A DNA stretch of 64,000 bases from Cyanidioschyzon merolae (Eukaryota), in the NCBI GenBank assembly GCA_000091205.1, contig AP006496.2; one strand, 5' to 3'. Positions 63,315-64,000 of this stretch are shown piece after piece (position 1 is the stretch's first letter; each line of letters starts with the position of its first letter). The notes under the pieces are model-generated. The model worked only from the letters and a program-made list of their open reading frames with translations, had not been told where the DNA came from and ran no database searches. The position numbers and the translations under genes are program-made.

Positions 63315-64000
63315 TGCGCTTGGCGCCTCGGCAGCTTGGGCGTAGCTTTTTGCGCATGGAGGTTTCACCTGAGGTTCGCGAGCGAGTCCAGGCGCATGAG
63401 GTTTTCATGCCGGCGCTGAGCTCGACAATGACCGAGGGGAAAGTTGTTCAGTGGTTGAAGAAAGTCGGCGACCGCATCGAGAAGGGTGACGTAATCCTGG
63501 TAGTCGAGTCGGACAAGGCGGACATGGATGTCGAGGCATTCGACGAAGGCTATCTGGCGCATATACTAACAAAAGAGGGCGAAACAGCCGTCGTAGGGGC
63601 GACGATAGGCCTGATCGCCAAAAACGTTGAAGATATCGAAGCGATTCAGGCCTGTGGACTGGATTGCATTGTGGATGGCAGCGGGTCGCGGCACGATGGA
63701 ACAACGGCGGTGGAACCTGGCGATGCAGCACCTGCTCCGTCCACGCACCAGAGAGAGTCTGCTGCTGAGCGGTCCGCAGCCTTCGGGGGACGAGACGCCA
63801 TAGTGACTGCACCTGCAGCGGCCGCTCCACTGGTGCCGAAACCGGCCGGCACAGTTGAGGTCTTCTTGCCAGCGCTTAGTTCGACCATGACAGAAGGCAA
63901 GATCGTAGAATGGACCAAGAACATTGGCGATGAGGTGAAGAGCGGCGACGTCATCATGGTTGTCGAGTCGGACAAGGCAGACATGGACGTAGAATCTTTT
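63315..64000 (+). CDS. dihydrolipoamide acyltransferase (2-oxoacid dehydrogenase E2), N-terminal part with two lipoyl domains; runs off the window
   Basis: Open frame from 63315 (second ATG at 63357) to the window end. Encodes '...HEVFMPALSSTMTEGKVVQWLKKVGDRIEKGDVILVVESDKADMDVEAFDEGYLAHI...' then an Ala/Pro linker, then 'VEVFLPALSSTMTEGKIVEWTKNIGDEVKSGDVIMVVESDKADMDVESF'. Two biotin/lipoyl-attachment domains with the lipoyl-lysine motif ESDKA. Confidence 0.85.

Noticed and set aside
1-64000. Prokaryotic-style annotation (operons, sigma-70 promoters, rho-independent terminators, RBS)
   Set aside because: Gene content is unambiguously eukaryotic nuclear. Such signals would be meaningless here, and eukaryotic core-promoter or polyA calls cannot be supported by eye.

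Overview
Eukaryotic nuclear DNA, GC-rich by eye, compact and apparently intron-poor. The eukaryotic call rests on a formin with FH1/FH2 domains, a PPR protein, proteasome alpha-6, eIF2-alpha, an F-box protein and a tRNA-splicing endonuclease subunit. I can support about 25 protein-coding genes, mostly single uninterrupted ORFs on both strands with very short spacers (58 bp between the convergent formin and MoaC genes). The most notable feature is a family of six copies of an element whose protein is homologous to bacterial TnpB and eukaryotic Fanzor, the RNA-guided RuvC nucleases. Two copies are long (about 2.3 kb each, roughly 75% identical to each other) and encode decayed nuclease ORFs. Four are short internal-deletion derivatives that keep both ends. 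In all six, a roughly 150-bp non-coding tail directly after the last RuvC motif is conserved; this is where a guide-RNA scaffold (omegaRNA/fRNA) would sit in TnpB/Fanzor loci. Two further dispersed repeat families are present: a ~1 kb pair at ~95% identity, each abutting a short Fanzor-like copy at the same position, and a ~500-bp family with three co-oriented copies. There are also mini- and microsatellites. These repeats sit in AT-richer, gene-poor islands between the gene blocks. I recognised no rRNA, tRNA or CRISPR. The gene content (anthranilate synthase, PPR, RsmD-like and LSMT-like proteins, a two-lipoyl-domain E2) suggests a free-living or plastid-lineage protist; the species cannot be named from sequence alone.
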